Shown here: in pieces, positions 1 to 10,445 of the stretch | Position numbering within the stretch: the first letter of the stretch is position 1 | Layout of the letters: each line of letters opens with the position of its first letter | Assembly: GCA_025558095.1 (NCBI GenBank) | Contig: JAIVFI010000011.1 | Span: 752,568 to 816,567 of the forward strand | From: Hyaloraphidium curvatum SAG 235-1 | Lineage: Eukaryota; Fungi; Monoblepharomycota | Direction of reading: 5' to 3' | DNA length: 64,000 bases | Program-made: the position numbers and the translations under genes | Notes under the pieces: model-generated | Told to the model about the DNA's origin: nothing | Seen by the model: only the letters and a program-made list of their open reading frames with translations | Databases searched by the model: none

Positions 1-239
1 CGGAGTGCCACCCGACGCCGGCGGATCCGGACCACCGACAAATAAGAACGCGTTCTTCTCCGATTTTCGACGCGAAACAGTACTTGCTCGGGGGCCCTTT
101 CTGGTCGCGTCCTTGTGGAGCGGCGGCGATCACCTAGCTCGATCGCGGTTGAGACGCAGCGAGTTGAGCCCGCCTGCGGTGTCGTTCTGCCATGATCCGT
201 TGCGATCTCGTCGCCGGCGTATAGTTCTCTGCACGAATC

Positions 240-881
240 ATGTCGGTGGTCGACTTTCTCAAGGACCAGGGGCGCGACAGCAGCTTCGGCGCGCGGAAGA
301 AGCTGTTCGAGGCCGAGTTCCCCGAGGCGACGTACGGCTTCGGCGCCTACACGGGCACCGAGGACCAGAACCTGGCGCTCCTCGCGCGCCTCAACGGGCA
401 GCCGGCCGCGCTGACGCACCTCGTGGGCAAGGACCGGTACTACACGGCCCGCGCGGCCGACTTTTCGAAGCGGAACACGGCCAAAGCCGTCCCCTACTAC
501 CTCGACTACGGCGCAAAGTACCAGGCGCGCTTCCTGGATCTCCGCGCGTCGCTCTCGCCACATGCGCAGGCCTGGCTGGACGCCACGCACGAGGGGCTGC
601 AGCGCGCCATCGAGGACAGGCTCCGCAACGGGGGGCCGGACGCGTTCGCGGCGCTGGAGCGGGATGCGGAGGCGTTCCGCGCGTTCTGCTTCGAGACCCA
701 CGCGGGGTGCTACGTCGATGCGGGGATCTGCGAACTGTCGCCGGCGGATTGGGGCAGGATCTTTGTGGTGCCCGACGCCAAGGACCTGTTCACCAAGGAC
801 GGCCTGAGGCAGGCGCTCGACGTGGGGCGGCAGTGCGCCCCCGTCGTCCTGGAGCGCATCAAGCGCCTTTTGTACCAGTGA
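240..881 (+). CDS. Intronless 213-aa protein: N-terminal DUF3597-like motif fused to an uncharacterised helical domain
   Basis: Clean ATG-to-TGA ORF with GC3-biased codons. SVVDFLKDQGRDSSFGARKKL...YTGTEDQNLALLARL resembles the DUF3597 pattern (SIVDxxK..G.DSS...RK.L...YTG...QN..LL..L). Confidence 0.6.
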   Translation: MSVVDFLKDQGRDSSFGARKKLFEAEFPEATYGFGAYTGTEDQNLALLARLNGQPAALTHLVGKDRYYTARAADFSKRNTAKAVPYYLDYGAKYQARFLDLRASLSPHAQAWLDATHEGLQRAIEDRLRNGGPDAFAALERDAEAFRAFCFETHAGCYVDAGICELSPADWGRIFVVPDAKDLFTKDGLRQALDVGRQCAPVVLERIKRLLYQ

Positions 882-951
882 GCCTCGAGGTGCGATGGTG
901 CGAGATGCTTTAGATATGACGTAAATGCCGTGACAGGTGTATTTGCATGTG

Positions 952-2008
952 CTAAGATATCTTGAGCGCCAACTTCCCGAGGTGGTGCCTGGCCAGCGCC
1001 TTGTGCGCCCCCGCCGCCCCCTCCAGCGGAAACACCTGCGAAATCCTGACCTTGAGCCCTTCGCCCTTTTCGATCAGCGCGTTGACCCGCGCCAGCAACC
1101 CCGGCTCGATCCCCGCGTCGAACGCCTCCCCGCACACCCCCTTCCGCGGCTCCGGCGGCTCCTCCACGCCGTTAGGCCACGCGATCCTGCCCCCCTCGCG
1201 CACGACCGCGGCGGTCTTCTGCGCCGCGGGGCCGCCGGCGGCGTACAGCGCGGCGTCGACGCCCCCCGGCGCGAACGCGTGTATCGCGGCTGGGAGGTCG
1301 ACGTCGCGCTTGCGGCCGTCGATCGCGGCGTCGGCGCCGAGATCGAGGGATAGGGCGACGCCGTCGGGGCCCGAGGCGACGGCGAGGACGCGGGCGCCGA
1401 GGAGCTTGGCGAACTGCACGGCGAGGTGGCCGAGGCCGCCCGAGGCGCCGAAGACGAGGAGCGACTGATCGGAGGGAGGCCACACGAATAAGGACCAGCC
1501 GACCCCCGCGTCCAGCGCCGCTTGTCCGTACCTCCCCCGGCTTGATCTTGAGCACGTCCTCCAGCGCCCGCACGGCGGTCGACGCGTCCCCCCCGATCAC
1601 CCCCGCCTCTTCGAGCGACATCCCCTCCGGCACACTGGCGACGCACCCGACCGGCACGGCGGCATACTCGGCGTACATCCCCCCCTTCGCGTTCAGCAGG
1701 CTCGCCACGTACACCTCGTTCCCCACCGTGAACCCCTCCGCCCCCTCCCCGACCTTGACCACCCTCCCGGCGCCCTCGGACCCCAGCACGAGCGGGAACC
1801 CCTGCTCGCGCCCGTGCACGGCGCGGAACAGCCCGGCGAAGCGGCCTTCGCGCTCGTCGGGGTCCCATGCGGCGACGCCGGCGCTCGACAGGCGGACGAG
1901 GAGCTCGCCGGGGCCGGGGGTGGGGACGGGGAGCGAGGCGGGATGCAGGGCTTCCGGGCCGCCGTACGAGGAGATGGCGGCGGCGAGCATGGTTTCGGGG
2001 ATTTCCAT
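952..2008 (-). CDS. NADPH:quinone oxidoreductase / MDR-superfamily dehydrogenase; one intron (1465-1531)
   Basis: GroES-like N-terminus (YGGPEAL, PGPGELLVRL, FPLVLGSEGAG, GMYAEYAAVP) and Rossmann motif VFGASGGLGHLAVQFAK. A GTACGG...CAG intron joins two ORF-track frames. Confidence 0.9.
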
Positions 2009-2063
2009 CGCGGGGTTGGTGCTGGGCGGTGACGCGTTCGCCGAGGACCCAATGATCGGTGCC

Positions 2064-2096
2064 ACGTCACGGTGAGTGTGGAAGGCAGCTGGACAG
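2064..2096 (+). repeat. Copy 1 of host sequence ACGTCACGGTGAGTGTGGAAGGCAGCTGGACAG, abutting the left LTR
   Basis: Direct match to 7949-7980 and 7984-8016. Confidence 0.95.
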
Positions 2097-2334
2097 GATC
2101 CGGGGGATCTCGGCGCGGCACGGGGCGACGTGCGCTCGGGGGGTCTGGAGTGGCTCGCGTCGGGAACGTCTGATTGTACCGACCAACGGTGGGGAGTCTA
2201 TTCGAGGGACAGGCATCCTTATATCCTGCTTTGCCACTGTGCGTCCTGCTCCGCCACGATGACGTCCCAATGACTCCTGAGTGTACCCGGTCCCAACCCA
2301 TCCCAGCAATCGGAGCAAGGGCGTATCCGTAACA
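2096..2334 (-). repeat. 3' LTR; outer 22 bp missing
   Basis: 2096-2324 is identical by eye to 7723-7951. Inner end ...TAACA (TG on the element strand) sits next to the PPT. Confidence 0.95.
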
Positions 2335-2343
2335 CCCCCCCTC
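2335..2343 (-). promoter_or_regulatory. Polypurine tract (GAGGGGGGG)
   Basis: Purine run on the minus strand immediately before the TG that starts the 3' LTR. Confidence 0.85.
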
Positions 2344-2356
2344 GGCCGCAGCTCCG

Positions 2357-5300
2357 TCAAAGCTTGAGACGAACAACGCCGAGTGCACGACGGGCCACAT
2401 CCATGCGGGCTCCGGGGAGCGCCTTGGTGAGGATATCGGCCGCGTTCTGCGCCGTAGGGACGTAGACCAGCTTGATCGCGTCGCGCTCGATCGCGTCGCG
2501 AAGGAAGAAGGACTTGATCGCCACGTGCTTGGTCGAGTCCTTCGAGGTAGGGGCCGCGGCCAGCGCGATCGCGCCGCGGTTGTCGCAGTAGATCACGGTG
2601 GGCTCCGTGACGGGCATGCCGATGGTGTCCAACTTGTTCCGCCACGACAGGCCCTCCTTCGCCGCCATCACCACCCCGTGCAGCTCCGCCTCCGTCGAGC
2701 TCAGCGCGACCGTCTGCATCTTGCGCGAGATCCAGCTGATGGCTGCTCCGTTGTTGAAGAAGGCCAGGCCCGTCACCGACTTCCTGTCGTTGACGTCCGA
2801 GGCCCAGTCGGCGTCGGAGTACCCGTAGATCTGCCCCTTCCCTTGCGTGTACTTGATGCCGAAGTCGACCGTGCCGGCAAGGTAGCGCAGCAGCCGCTTG
2901 AGTGCTGCCCAGTGCTCCTGCCCGGGGTTGGTCATGAACGCAGCCAGGTTGTGTACCGTGGAGACGATATCGGGGCGCGTCCCCTCCGCGAGGTACATGG
3001 CGAGCCCGACGCCCCTGGCGTACGGCTTATCGGCCATCGCGGCGCGCGCCTCCGGGGTCTGGGGGCACATGTCGAACGTGAGCACGCCCGAGTCCATGGG
3101 CGAGTTGACGGGCCGACAGTCCGTCATCCCGAACTCCTCGAGCAGGTTGCGCGTGTATGTCGACTGGTCGATCGACGCCCACCCGTCCCCGCGGCGGATC
3201 CGCATCCCGACGATGAACTCGGGTTCGCCCTTGTCGGTGATGGTGAAGATCGACTTGAACTGGTTCTTCGCCTCGTCGAGGTACGCCCTGTCATTCGAGA
3301 CCCAGAGCACGTCGTCGACGTAGATGGCTGCGAGGATCCACTTCCCGTCATCCGAATGACGGAAGTAGAGACAAGGATCTGCCGGCGAGTTCTCGAAGCC
3401 CATGCCCTGGAGGGTTCTGGCGGCCTCCTTCCTCGTCCTCAGCATGGCCTCCTCCTCCTGAGTCCCGTCGCCGCGCAGGGTGGCGTCCAGCTTGCGGTTC
3501 CACTCGTAGCCTGCCTGCCGGAGCCCGTAGAGCGGCCGAAGGAGGCGGAGCACGCCCCCCCTACCCGCAGCAGCCAAGAGCTCCTCGGTTTTGGCTTTCG
3601 TCGCGGCGTCAAGGTCGGGCTCCTTCAACACGAGCTCCAGGACCTGTGCGTAGCCTTCCGGCTCCCGCATGAACAGCAGTTCCTTCAGTTCGCCGAAGAG
3701 GTACGCCAGCTTCACGTCAGTGTGAGCGGCGTGGAGACTGGGATCGGCGAGGAGGGAAATGAGGAAGCGGATGGTGCTGAGCTTGGCCGTCGGAGCGAAG
3801 ACCTCCTTGAAGTCGATGCCCTCCTTCTGCGTGAAGCCCTGCGCCACCAGCCGCGCCTTCTTCTTCTCCTCCGAGCCGTCCGAGTTGTACTTGGTCTTAT
3901 TGGCCCATTTGCAGCCAATCGCGCGGCGTCCGGGCGGCAGCGTCGCCGCCTCGATGGTGTCGCGCTCAATGATGCCCCGGAGCTCGGCCACGAAAGCCTT
4001 CAGCCATGCCTCCCGGTGCGGGCCGGCCAGGGCTTCCTTGAAGGTGGGTTCCGGGTTCCCGATCTCGTCGACGTTCGCCACTCCGGCGAGCTCGACCGCG
4101 CGCTGCGCGGCGGAGGAGAGGAGGGCCGCCAGCCCGAGGTGGCTGGCCGCGAGGTGATCGTCCGGATCCACGTCTCCGTCCTCGTCGTCCTCCTTGATCG
4201 CCGAATGCTGGCGGTGAAGCTCCTCCCACTCGTCAAGCATGGATGATCCGTCGTTGATACGGCGCTGTCCGGCGCCGGCGCGGATGGAACGACGTGTTCC
4301 CCCCCTCGCCTCCTGGGGGTGGTCGTCTTGCGCCCCAGCATCCTGCCGATCATCCCCCCCGACCCCGAGGATTGCGCCCCAGCGGCGTCCGCGGGCGGAG
4401 AGGAGGGGGTCTCGTTGGCAGGGGCCGGGTTGTTGTCGCCGAAGACGACGCGCGGGCGCAGCGCCGGGTGCCCCTGCGTCGGCAGCGCGGGGAGGCGTAC
4501 CGGCGGGATCACGCCCTCGTCGAAGACAGCAGTCTGGAAGTCCTTGTACGCCCCCGTCTTCGGGTCCGCAATCCGGAAGCCCTTCGTCCCCGGGGGAAAA
4601 CCAACGAAGACGCCGGCGAAGCCGTGGGGGTCGAGCTTGTGCGGGAGCGTGCTGACCGGGATCCGCCCGACGGCGGGGCAGCCGAAGGCGGGGAGCTTGC
4701 CAAGCTTCGGCTTCTGGCCGTAGCGGGCTTCGTAGGGGGAGATGCCGCCGAGCGCGGCGTGGGGGGAGCGGTTTCCGAGCCAGTTGGCGTGGCGAACGGC
4801 GTGCGGCCAGAGGCGCTTCGGCAAGTTCGCATCCGTGAGCATGGTAAGCGCGCACTCCACGATGGTGCGGTTGTAGCGCTCGGCGATGCCATTCTGTGCC
4901 GAGGTGTTCGGTGCGGGAGTCTCCAGGCGTGCCCCCTTGTCCTCCAGATAGCGTCCCAGCTCCTCGTACTCACCGCCGCGATCGACGCGCGCAGCCTTGA
5001 GATTCCGCTCGCTTTCCGTCGCCCACTGCTTCGTCATCTTCTCGAAAGCCTTCGATGCGCCCGCCTTGCTGTAGTGCGTGATCAGATCCGCCCAGCGCGT
5101 GGCGTCGTCGATCGCCGTCGTGAAAACCTTGGAACGATCGTGTCCCTCAACGCTCATGTCGCAGACATCCGAATGCACGAGATCCAAGAAGTCCCGCTCC
5201 TGTTTCTCCGCCGGCGGCATCGGCGCCTGCGTCAGTTTCCCTTGTGCGCAAGCGTAGCAGAAGCCGAGTTGCTGGCGGGTCCAGCCCGACGTGTCGACGT

Positions 5301-7515
5301 CAGCGAGGCCGTTCTTCCGCGCGATGTCATGCATCCGGCCCTGGCTCATGTGCCCTAGACGGCGGTGCCACAGCTGGAATTCCTCGTGCTCGTCGAGCTT
5401 GACTGCGGGCAAAGCCTCCCCGGCCTCTGCCGAGGGTTTCGCGATGTAAGCCAGGATGGCGAACGACTTGCCGGGGGTTGAAAAGACAGCGCGCGGCTTC
5501 TTGTCGTCCTCGCGGCGGTAGATCTCACAGTACGTGTGCTTGAAGGTGATCTTCTGGCCCTTCCTCGTCGCAAACTTGATGCTGAGTAGGTTGTACGCCA
5601 ACTCGGGGACCACGAGGGTGTCGGGGAGCAGGCACGGAACCCATCCGTCCTTCGATCTCGCCCAGATCACTGCGTCGCCGATCGCCGTGGCGGCAACCTG
5701 CGTCTTGTTGCCGAGGAAGACCTTCGATTCGATGGGGCGCAGCGTTCCAGGCACGAAGCAATCCGTCCTGGGGGTCATGTGCGCCGTCGCTCCCGAATCG
5801 AGCTTCCAAACGTGCGCTCCGTTCCGAGAACTCTCCTCGAGATCGTCGGCCACGAGCGCGGTGTTGTCGGCCGTACCAGCCTCAGTAGGCGGCGCCCCTG
5901 CCGTCGGGCCCTCGCGCTTCGCCGCCTCCTCGGCGGGGAAACCCTGCTTGGGCACGATCGGGGCTCGTCCCGTCTTCACCTTCCCGCGCACGATCTCGGT
6001 CTCGTCCTCCGAGTCCGAGTCGATGTCCTCCAGAGGCGGCATCTCATTGTCCGCGACGGGGGCCGGGGAGGGGGTACTCTGGGCGCCATCGCCATTGTCG
6101 GTCGACGCGGTCGATTCCCGTCCAACCGACGCGTCCGAATCGTACAGGTGCTCATCGTCGGAGCTCCAGTTCTCGGCGTCGGAGGAATCAAGCGCGTCCT
6201 GAACCACGAACATGTCGGCCAGGGGATCGGCGTGAGCGGCGAGGAGCTCTTCCAGCTCGTCGTCATCGCCGGCGTCGTGCACGGCGATCAGGGAGAGTTG
6301 CTCTTCGTCGCTGCCACCGCCGGGCTGCGGAGGGGAGGGGCAGTTCTTCTTGATGTGCCCTGCGCCGCCGCAGTTGTAGCAGCGGACGGCGGCGGCGGGG
6401 CCCTGCCGCGGCGGCTTGCCGACGGTAGCCTTGCCCTTGTCGCCGTTCGCGGTCTGCTTCGGGGTTCCAGCGCCCTTGCCAGCTCCGTCGTTCTTGCGAG
6501 ACGAAAGCTGCCGCTGGAGGGTGGTGACGAGCGCCTGGAGCTCGTCGTCCTTGAGATTCTTCGCATCCACGTCGCCGGTCGTCAGCTTCGCGGCTTCCTT
6601 CTTGGCGGCGGTGCCCGCGGGGGCCGGTCCAGCCTCAACGCGCGGGCGATCGCCTTGGGAAGCCTCCTCGTGACGGATGGCGAGCACAGCCCGGTCCATG
6701 GTGACCGGGATGCCTTGCGCGGCCGAAGTGCGGAGCATCTTGACCACCACGTCGTACTTCTTCTCCATCCCGCGCAGGAACAGCCTCAACTGCTCGTGAT
6801 CGGGGCCGTAGCCGGGGTTGATGAGGCGCAGCGACTCGGCGCTTTCGCGGATCCGATCGGCGAAAACCTCGATGCCCTCCCGCGGCTTCGGGGTCATGTT
6901 GGCGAAGTCCTGTAGCCAGATGTTCGCGTATTGCTGCGCCGTTGTGATGGCGTCCGCGGTGACGGCGTTGAACACCGCCTCGCATGCCATCATCCCGTCA
7001 AGGCGCATACGGATCGCATGGGTGTTGTCGACCGAGCGCCGGGCGATGCCCAGCGCCTTGCTGACGACTTTCTCGCGCTTCTCGAGCCTCGAGTCGAAAG
7101 ACTCCCAGGCCTTCTGGATGGCGCTGATCTCGTTGGTCGACGACAGCCTTATCGACATGCCTTCGCGCTCATCAGGGCTGATCACCGTAAACGTCTCCAC
7201 GTTCATCACTTCGCGGTACGCTCGGATCATCTGCGGGGTGGCGACGGCGATATCGACGCCGTCGCCTGCGGCGAGCTCCCGCAGGGCTTCGAGCCAGGTG
7301 TCCCGCATGTACGCGGGCTCGCGGGTGTAATCAGGCATGTTGAGCACGTATAGTCCCGGCCTCTCGAGCGGGGTTGGGATCGGAGCGGGCGTCCGCCGGT
7401 GGGCGTCAGCGACTTCGTTCACGCTCAGCGCATTGGTGAGGCTGCGGAGCCAGGCAGGATAGTTCTTGCCGTCGTAACGGGCTCCGGTGTACGTGAAGGT
7501 GGTCGCCGATGCCAT
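2357..7515 (-). CDS. Copia gag-pol polyprotein interrupted by one -1 frameshift (probably the G7 run at 4354-4360)
   Basis: Zinc knuckle CYNCGGAGHIKKNC; protease WKLDSGATAHM; WHRRLGH; integrase HSDVCD/RVDRGGEY/NGIAERYNRT; RT KARLVAQGFTQ, LYGLRQAG, YVDDVL; RNase H YSDADWA, IYCDN, ADILTKAL. Confidence 0.93.
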
Positions 7516-7688
7516 GATGATGCGGGGGGCGAGCTTCGATGCGGGGCGCGGAAACTGCGGGTTGCGCGCTCGAGCGGGCAGGCGGTTCTCTCACGGGGAA
7601 CTCGGCCGGACCGGTTGGAAGGGGCTCCGAAGACGCTTCGGAGCCGAGTGAGTTCGAGTCAGACGACCAGTCGTCGAGCCGTGGGCTT

Positions 7689-7700
7689 GGGCTCATAACC
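7689..7700 (-). promoter_or_regulatory. Primer-binding site GGTTATGAGCCC (copia-type, initiator tRNA-Met half-molecule priming)
   Basis: Directly follows the CA end of the 5' LTR on the element strand and resembles the GGTTATGGGCCC PBS of copia-class elements. Confidence 0.8.
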
Positions 7701-7951
7701 TGTCAGCGAGGGCAGCGCCGGGGGATCCGGGGGATCTCGGCGCGGCACGGGGCGACGTGCGCTCGGGGGGTCTGGAGTGGCTCGCGTCGGGAACGTCTGA
7801 TTGTACCGACCAACGGTGGGGAGTCTATTCGAGGGACAGGCATCCTTATATCCTGCTTTGCCACTGTGCGTCCTGCTCCGCCACGATGACGTCCCAATGA
7901 CTCCTGAGTGTACCCGGTCCCAACCCATCCCAGCAATCGGAGCAAGGGCGT
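7701..7951 (-). repeat. 5' LTR; outer 10 bp missing
   Basis: Starts TGTCAG on the + strand next to the PBS. Lacks the ATCCGTAACA present at 2325-2334. Confidence 0.95.
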
Positions 7952-8019
7952 CACGGTGAGTGTGGAAGGCAGCTGGACAGCAGACGTCACGGTGAGTGTG
8001 GAAGGCAGCTGGACAGCAG
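7949..8019 (+). repeat. Two tandem copies (36-bp period) of the host sequence also found at 2064-2096
   Basis: CGTCACGGTGAGTGTGGAAGGCAGCTGGACAGCAG at 7949 and 7985. Confidence 0.95.
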
Positions 8020-8139
8020 CCTCCCTGCATCCCCACCAAACACGATTTCATTTCGAATGATAACCATTCCGATGAGCTTACGAACCACCGCAGGCCCTCG
8101 CGTCATCCGATCGGGCTCACCGCGCCCCGAGCCCCAACC

Positions 8140-9771
8140 TCACCCCTTCCCCGGAGCAAGCGGCGCGCCCGCCTCGGCCAGCATCTCCGCCAGCGCCCAC
8201 CTGTTCATGTAGAGGTCCCCCGCGATCCTGTCCTGCGCCTCGAGGTGCGCGATCCGCCGCCCGCCGGCGTCGCGGTCCGCGCGGAGGCCCTCCACCTCGG
8301 CGCGGAGGGATGCGAGCTCGCGGCGGAGTTCGGCGCGGAAGCTCGACTTCTTGCCCGGCGGGGCGGGCGGAGGGAGGGAGGCGCGGGGCTGCCTGGCAGG
8401 GGCGGGGACAGCCATCGGGGCGGGGGCAGCGGGAGGCGGCGCGGGCGCCTCCGGGTCGTACCCTTTCCCGTACCGCTCCCCCATCCGCTCCGACACTGCC
8501 CCGCGGAGCAGGCACACCTGCACCAGCCCCAGGGGCTGCAGCCTGCCCTGCCCGAACAGCGCGCGGTACAGGATCGCCATCCACGTGATCATGGCGCCGA
8601 CGCTGGTGACCACGTCCAGGGCGGTGAAGGTGTACACCGACGCGGCCTGCACCACGACGAAGCCGCCTAGTGTGTCGGCGGGGCGGTTCGCGGGGACGAC
8701 GGAGACCTCGATGTGGCGGAGGTAGCCGCGGCGGAAGTCCGATCGGAGGACGGCCTGCCGCTGGGCGTCGGCGGCGTAGAACTCGCCACCTGGCGCAGAG
8801 ATCGGGTCGCGGCGGCCGCCGCCGCGGTCCCCGGAGCCGGCGGTGCGGTCGACCGCGAAGGTCCACGAGAGCGTCGTGCGCGTGTTGAGCTCCACGCGGT
8901 AGGCGTCGAGGTCGCCGATGGCGAGGGCGCGGCCAGAGAGGAAGGCCTCGGTAGCCTTGGGATGCACGAGGGCGGCCCACACCGAGTCGCGCCACGCCCC
9001 GGGCTCGGCGTCGGTGCGGTTGGCGACGGGGGCGTCGATGCCCACCGAGTAGCTGCGGGTCCAGTTGGCGACCGGGGTGCCGCCGGCGACCGAGCGCGAG
9101 ACGGGGAAGAGGTGGCAGGCAAAGAGCCCCGAGATGTCGTCGAAGATGCCGTTCGAGGCCACGTAGTCCATGTCGTGCGAGAGCCAGAGCTCGACGGGCT
9201 CCGGCATGAGCGGGTAGCCCGACGCCTCGATTTCCACCTCGGTTGGCCCCCGGACGGGGCTAGAAGCCGAGGCCCCATTCTGCCTCGGCTCCACACGGCG
9301 GCGACGTGCACCGTTCCACGGCGAGCCGGTCAGGTTGCACCCAAACAGCCCGTCGTAGTCCGCCGGCGGCACGACGTCCTCGGACCCGTCATCCTGCCGC
9401 CCGACCTTCTTCGGCTTCGGCGCCTCCGCGGCGATCTTCCCTGGCCCCACCTGCCACCACCTCGTCGTCGTCCTCGCGCCGGCGCCGCACAGGCCGAGCC
9501 GCACGCGGTCCAGGCACAGCAGCAGGTCGGGCTGCGGCAGCGGGCGCACCACCGTCGCATACTGCGTGATCGGCGTCTGCGTGAGAAACTGCCGCAGCGC
9601 GAGGCCGACGTACACCGCGCCGCCGGCGGCGAGCAGCGCGATGCCGAGGATGCGCGCGAAGAAGAGGGGCCGCGGGCCGATGCCGTACAGCCCACGCCGC
9701 AGCTCGCCGAGCGGGTCGCAGCCGCACCGTCGCGGCCGCGGGGTGGGCAAGTCCGCTTTGCGGGACTCCAT
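8140..9771 (-). CDS. Two-TM membrane protein with large ectodomain and C-terminal coiled coil (DEG/ENaC-like topology)
   Basis: TM1 (ILGIALLAAGGAVYVGLAL) followed by LPQPDLLLC; TM2 region FTALDVVTSVGAMITWMAILYRALFG; coiled coil ELRRELASLRAEVEGL. A short in-frame intron near 9260-9310 is possible. Confidence 0.6.
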   Translation of the reverse strand: MESRKADLPTPRPRRCGCDPLGELRRGLYGIGPRPLFFARILGIALLAAGGAVYVGLALRQFLTQTPITQYATVVRPLPQPDLLLCLDRVRLGLCGAGARTTTRWWQVGPGKIAAEAPKPKKVGRQDDGSEDVVPPADYDGLFGCNLTGSPWNGARRRRVEPRQNGASASSPVRGPTEVEIEASGYPLMPEPVELWLSHDMDYVASNGIFDDISGLFACHLFPVSRSVAGGTPVANWTRSYSVGIDAPVANRTDAEPGAWRDSVWAALVHPKATEAFLSGRALAIGDLDAYRVELNTRTTLSWTFAVDRTAGSGDRGGGRRDPISAPGGEFYAADAQRQAVLRSDFRRGYLRHIEVSVVPANRPADTLGGFVVVQAASVYTFTALDVVTSVGAMITWMAILYRALFGQGRLQPLGLVQVCLLRGAVSERMGERYGKGYDPEAPAPPPAAPAPMAVPAPARQPRASLPPPAPPGKKSSFRAELRRELASLRAEVEGLRADRDAGGRRIAHLEAQDRIAGDLYMNRWALAEMLAEAGAPLAPGKG

Positions 9772-10445
9772 GGTTGCGGGGAGGGAGGCAAGGCAAATCG
9801 GGCTGTGGTCCGGCTGCGGCCCAGACCAGCCACCCGCGATCCCTCACCCCCGCGAGCTCATCGTCACTTCATATTTCTAGTTGGAGGCGGAAAAAAACTA
9901 CTATAAAGCTTAAAGAGAGGGATGAAAGGTCCGTGCAAGGAGCTGGCGGCGGCCCGCCGAATGGAAGCAGCATGACTTTCGGTCTGCGGTTTCACCTGAC
10001 CTGAGGCTGCCAGTGGCGTCTCCCAGATCCAGACCAAACGGTCAAAGGTCCTAGAGAAGCAATAGGATAGGGGGATTCTTGCCTGCGAGACCGCGGGTGG
10101 GTCACACGCCGATCAGACCGATCAGGCGGGTTCGCTCGCGGCTGAGGTCGACCACGCGCCTCCTTTGCCCCGCCTACCGCGATGGCGTACCCGTGGATGT
10201 TTGCCGAGCGCATGGGCCTCGCCCCGCCGGCGCCGCCGAAGCCGCCGCGGCGCACGCTCCCCGCTCCGGGCTCCGCAGGATACCCGCGCACGGCGTCCTT
10301 CGAGGTGCTTCGCGCGTTGTCCCGGCAAATCGCGTGACTCACGCGTCTCTCCGCGCAATTAAATGCGATTTAGGACTAAGACGTCAACTGGGATTACTGC
10401 GAGGGCGGCCCGGCGCACCCGCTGCCGCGCGAGGGGTTCGGCAGC

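Larger units (their letters stand above)
2096..7951 (-). mobile_element. Ty1/copia LTR retrotransposon (~5.9 kb)
   Basis: Two LTRs, PBS, PPT, and domain order gag-CCHC-PR-IN-RT-RNaseH. Integrase before RT is diagnostic of copia. Confidence 0.97.

Noticed and set aside
7949-8019. 36-bp direct repeats as a CRISPR array
   Set aside because: Copies are directly adjacent with no spacers, no cas genes are present, and the context is eukaryotic. They are better explained as an insertion-site duplication.
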